Below are positions 62,107 to 64,000 of a stretch of 64,000 bases of DNA, piece by piece (the first letter of the stretch is position 1; the number at the start of each line of letters is the position of its first letter). The DNA is taken from NCBI GenBank assembly GCA_965231045.1, contig OZ246406.1, positions 706,208 to 770,207 of the forward strand, in the 5' to 3' direction. Below the pieces are notes generated by a model that was given only the letters and a program-made list of their open reading frames with translations, was not told where the DNA came from and did no database searches. The stretch is from an uncultured Candidatus Saccharibacteria bacterium. GTDB lineage: Bacteria > Patescibacteriota > Saccharimonadia > Saccharimonadales > JAGQNJ01. A program made the translations under genes and the position numbers.

Positions 62107-62760
62107 ATGTATTTTAAAAACCGTTCTCAGGCAGGCCAGCAGCTTGCAGCAAAACTTGCACATTATCGTTTTGAGAACACCGCGGTTGTAGCGTTGTCGG
62201 ATGGTGCTGTAGTTGTGGCGGCCGAAATTGCCACGCAACTTCACTGTGTATTGACGATGCTTTTAACCGAAGAAGTTACACTACCTGGTGAAAAGGACCC
62301 AGTGGCAGTGGTGAACCAGGATGGTGGATTTACCTACAACAATATGTTTTCGGCGGGACAGCTTGAGGAGTATACCAGCGAATATCATAGCTATATAGAG
62401 CAAGAAAAGCGCCAAAAGTTCCATGCCATTAATAAGTTGCTAGGCGAAGGAGGGTTGATACGGCCTGATCTTCTTTATGGACACAATGTTATTTTAGTGT
62501 CAGATGGTCTTAACTCTGGGTTGTCACTTGATGCGGCGGCCGACTTCCTAAAGCCGATTAGAATCGATCGGCTGATTGTAGCCACACCATTTGCCAGTGT
62601 ACCAGCAGTGGATCGTATGCACCTTTTGGCTGATGAAATCGTTTGTTTGAGTGTTATTGAAAACTACATGAATACTGATCATTATTACGAAGACAATAAA
62701 ATGCCTAGTCACGAAGATATTGTTAAAACAATCGAAAAAATTGTTTTTAATTGGAAATAG
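62107..62760 (+). CDS. predicted phosphoribosyltransferase-like protein (COG1926-type)
   Basis: N-terminal FKNRSQAGQQLAAKL and VVALSDGAVVVAAEIA. The PRPP-loop-like motif VILVSDGLNSG reads where VDDG.ATG is more typical. Confidence 0.65.
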   Translation: MYFKNRSQAGQQLAAKLAHYRFENTAVVALSDGAVVVAAEIATQLHCVLTMLLTEEVTLPGEKDPVAVVNQDGGFTYNNMFSAGQLEEYTSEYHSYIEQEKRQKFHAINKLLGEGGLIRPDLLYGHNVILVSDGLNSGLSLDAAADFLKPIRIDRLIVATPFASVPAVDRMHLLADEIVCLSVIENYMNTDHYYEDNKMPSHEDIVKTIEKIVFNWK

Positions 62761-63414
62761 TTACTTAAAGTAATCCCAAAGTTTTTCGACGTCATTAAGC
62801 TTTATACTAGATCGGCTAGTAGTTACTAACCCTTTGTGTTCGAGTCGTGAAATTTCACGCCCAGCAGTTTCTCGAGAAGCATTAATCGAACTTGCGACGT
62901 CTTGCTGTCTTAGTGGTACGTCTATGACAATACTGCCATCAGGTTGCTTTTGACCGAAACGCTTAGACATTGTTAATAAGAACGAGACTAAACGTTCACG
63001 CACGGTTCGATACTCTAGGTTTATTATTCTCTCACTATGCATTCGATACATTTCGATTGTCATATCCAGCAAGGGAGGTAATAGCTCAGGGCGCTTTGTC
63101 AGATTGTTAATGTAGGTCTCTTGATCGATGCGCCAAACATGGAGTGTAGATAGGGCTTCGTAAATAACTGTCGGACCTTCACTGATTATTGGTCGAATTA
63201 GGGGGAATATTTCGCCCGGGCGCCTAATGATAAGTAAGTTTTCTTCACCGTATTTTGTAATGTCGTAAGCCTTAACTAGCCCTGACTCTATAAAAAAAAC
63301 CGCCGTAGGTTTTTCGCCCGGGCGGATTATTAGTTCTCCTTTTTTGTATGTTAGCTTTGTTCCACGGTGGAACAAGTCCACCAGTGCATCTACTTGTTCT
63401 TTAGTAGCCAACAT
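62761..63414 (-). CDS. Crp/Fnr family transcriptional regulator
   Basis: cNMP-binding beta-barrel (FFIESGLVKAY...LIIRRPGEIFP) and C-terminal HTH (QQDVASSINASRETAGREISRLEHKGLV). I chose ATG 63414, 6 nt after TGtCATAAT. Confidence 0.88.
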   Translation of the reverse strand: MLATKEQVDALVDLFHRGTKLTYKKGELIIRPGEKPTAVFFIESGLVKAYDITKYGEENLLIIRRPGEIFPLIRPIISEGPTVIYEALSTLHVWRIDQETYINNLTKRPELLPPLLDMTIEMYRMHSERIINLEYRTVRERLVSFLLTMSKRFGQKQPDGSIVIDVPLRQQDVASSINASRETAGREISRLEHKGLVTTSRSSIKLNDVEKLWDYFK

Positions 63415-63453
63415 AGATATATTATGACACAACTTGCTTCTAAAGACCAATCC

Positions 63454-63469
63454 TGTGATATAAATCTCA
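63454..63469. promoter_or_regulatory. CRP/FNR-type palindrome in the crp / PH-domain gene intergenic region
   Basis: TGTGA-tataaa-TCTCA against the consensus TGTGA-N6-TCACA (one mismatch), about 47 bp upstream of the crp start. Confidence 0.4.
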
Positions 63470-63558
63470 TTATTGACGTGATTAGAATGACAGACACTTG
63501 ACTCAAAGAGGCATACTATAAGATTGCAACTAACAATCCTAGTGAGAGGAGGTGCGTT

Positions 63559-64000
63559 ATGGTCAGTCTAGAAGAGGTTGAGAATCAACTCAGGCGGATC
63601 GATGTATCCTTCCGCTTTTGGGGCCGAGCCGAAATGCTCGAGCTCAAGAATATCTTAATTCCTGGTGAACAAATTCAGGTATGTATAAATGGACGATATG
63701 AAGGTGGTTTTGCGATGTTGTGTGCAACCGATCAGCGGTTGTTACTTATCGATAAAAAGCCAATGTACTTAACACTTGAAGATGTCCGCTATGACATGGT
63801 CGCCGAAGTCGATTTTAGTCACCGACTAGTGGATGCAACAATTCGAGTTTGTACACCAAACAAGAACTTGATATTTACGACATGGCGACGTGTTGAGCTT
63901 AGAAAGATGACTGGCTACTTGCAACATCGAGTTATCGAAATTCGACAACACCACATGTACGAGACCGAACACATGCAACAGCAATTTACTCAAGCTGCTC
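63559..64000 (+). CDS. bacterial PH-domain (bPH_2/YdbT-like) protein, 3'-truncated by the window end
   Basis: My own translation from ATG 63559 (SD GAGAGGAGG) gives MVSLEEVENQLRRIDVSFRFWGRAEMLELKNILIPGEQIQVCINGRYEGGFAMLCATDQRLLLIDKKPMYL.... There is no stop before 64000. Confidence 0.6.
   Translation, partial: MVSLEEVENQLRRIDVSFRFWGRAEMLELKNILIPGEQIQVCINGRYEGGFAMLCATDQRLLLIDKKPMYLTLEDVRYDMVAEVDFSHRLVDATIRVCTPNKNLIFTTWRRVELRKMTGYLQHRVIEIRQHHMYETEHMQQQFTQAA

Noticed and set aside
1-64000. Mobile elements, prophage, CRISPR-Cas, toxin-antitoxin pairs and known defence systems.
   Set aside because: I recognised no integrase, transposase, recombinase, Cas, restriction-modification or typical TA motifs. 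There are no terminal inverted or direct repeats flanking any block. Composition and gene orientation look uniform, so the window appears to be core chromosome.

Overview
This is a gene-dense chromosomal window with about 76 CDS, mostly on the + strand. I saw no rRNA, tRNA, CRISPR array, transposase or integrase. TGA acts as a stop codon (for example the ATGA overlaps at 36798-36801 and 44332-44335), so the standard bacterial code applies.

Content is housekeeping:
- valS (edge-truncated), tsaD, murE-like, groES/groEL behind a CIRCE operator, argS, dnaG-rpoD and polA.
- A degenerate DHH gene followed by truB-rpsO-pnp; also rnj, ftsK, rpsF-ssb-rpsR, efp, tlyA, mutM and holA-rpsT.
- Many house-cleaning and salvage enzymes: three Nudix, an ITPase-like protein, a deaminase and HAD/histidine phosphatases.
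- Two beta-propeller surface proteins with LAxTG sortase-type signals, and more than a dozen short or acidic lineage-specific hypotheticals.

Near-absent biosynthesis together with Gram-positive-like traits fits a reduced Patescibacteria/Candidatus Saccharibacteria-like genome. That placement is inference, not a database result.

Most notable observations:
1. An overlap-coupled operon encodes a PIP-synthase-like CDP-alcohol transferase, a PHP phosphatase and an archaeal-type CarS (CDP-archaeol synthase family) homolog. It lies tail-to-tail with a PIG-L/LmbE deacetylase.
2. About 27 genes, roughly half of the first-in-unit genes I inspected, have a -10 box (often TGn-extended) only 5-10 nt before the start codon (mostly 6-8) and no Shine-Dalgarno. 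This suggests a pervasive leaderless-mRNA architecture, coexisting with a classical SD-led gene set.
3. The DnaG zinc-ribbon has lost all four Zn ligands.
4. A degenerate DHH/NrnA-like domain is fused to a roughly 380-aa proline-rich tail.
5. A second RpoD-like sigma factor sits behind an uncharacterised partner ORF.
6. A stand-alone ART-like gene has its own consensus promoter, convergent genes and an orphan minus-strand terminator.

All functional calls come from motif recognition by eye; no searches were run.
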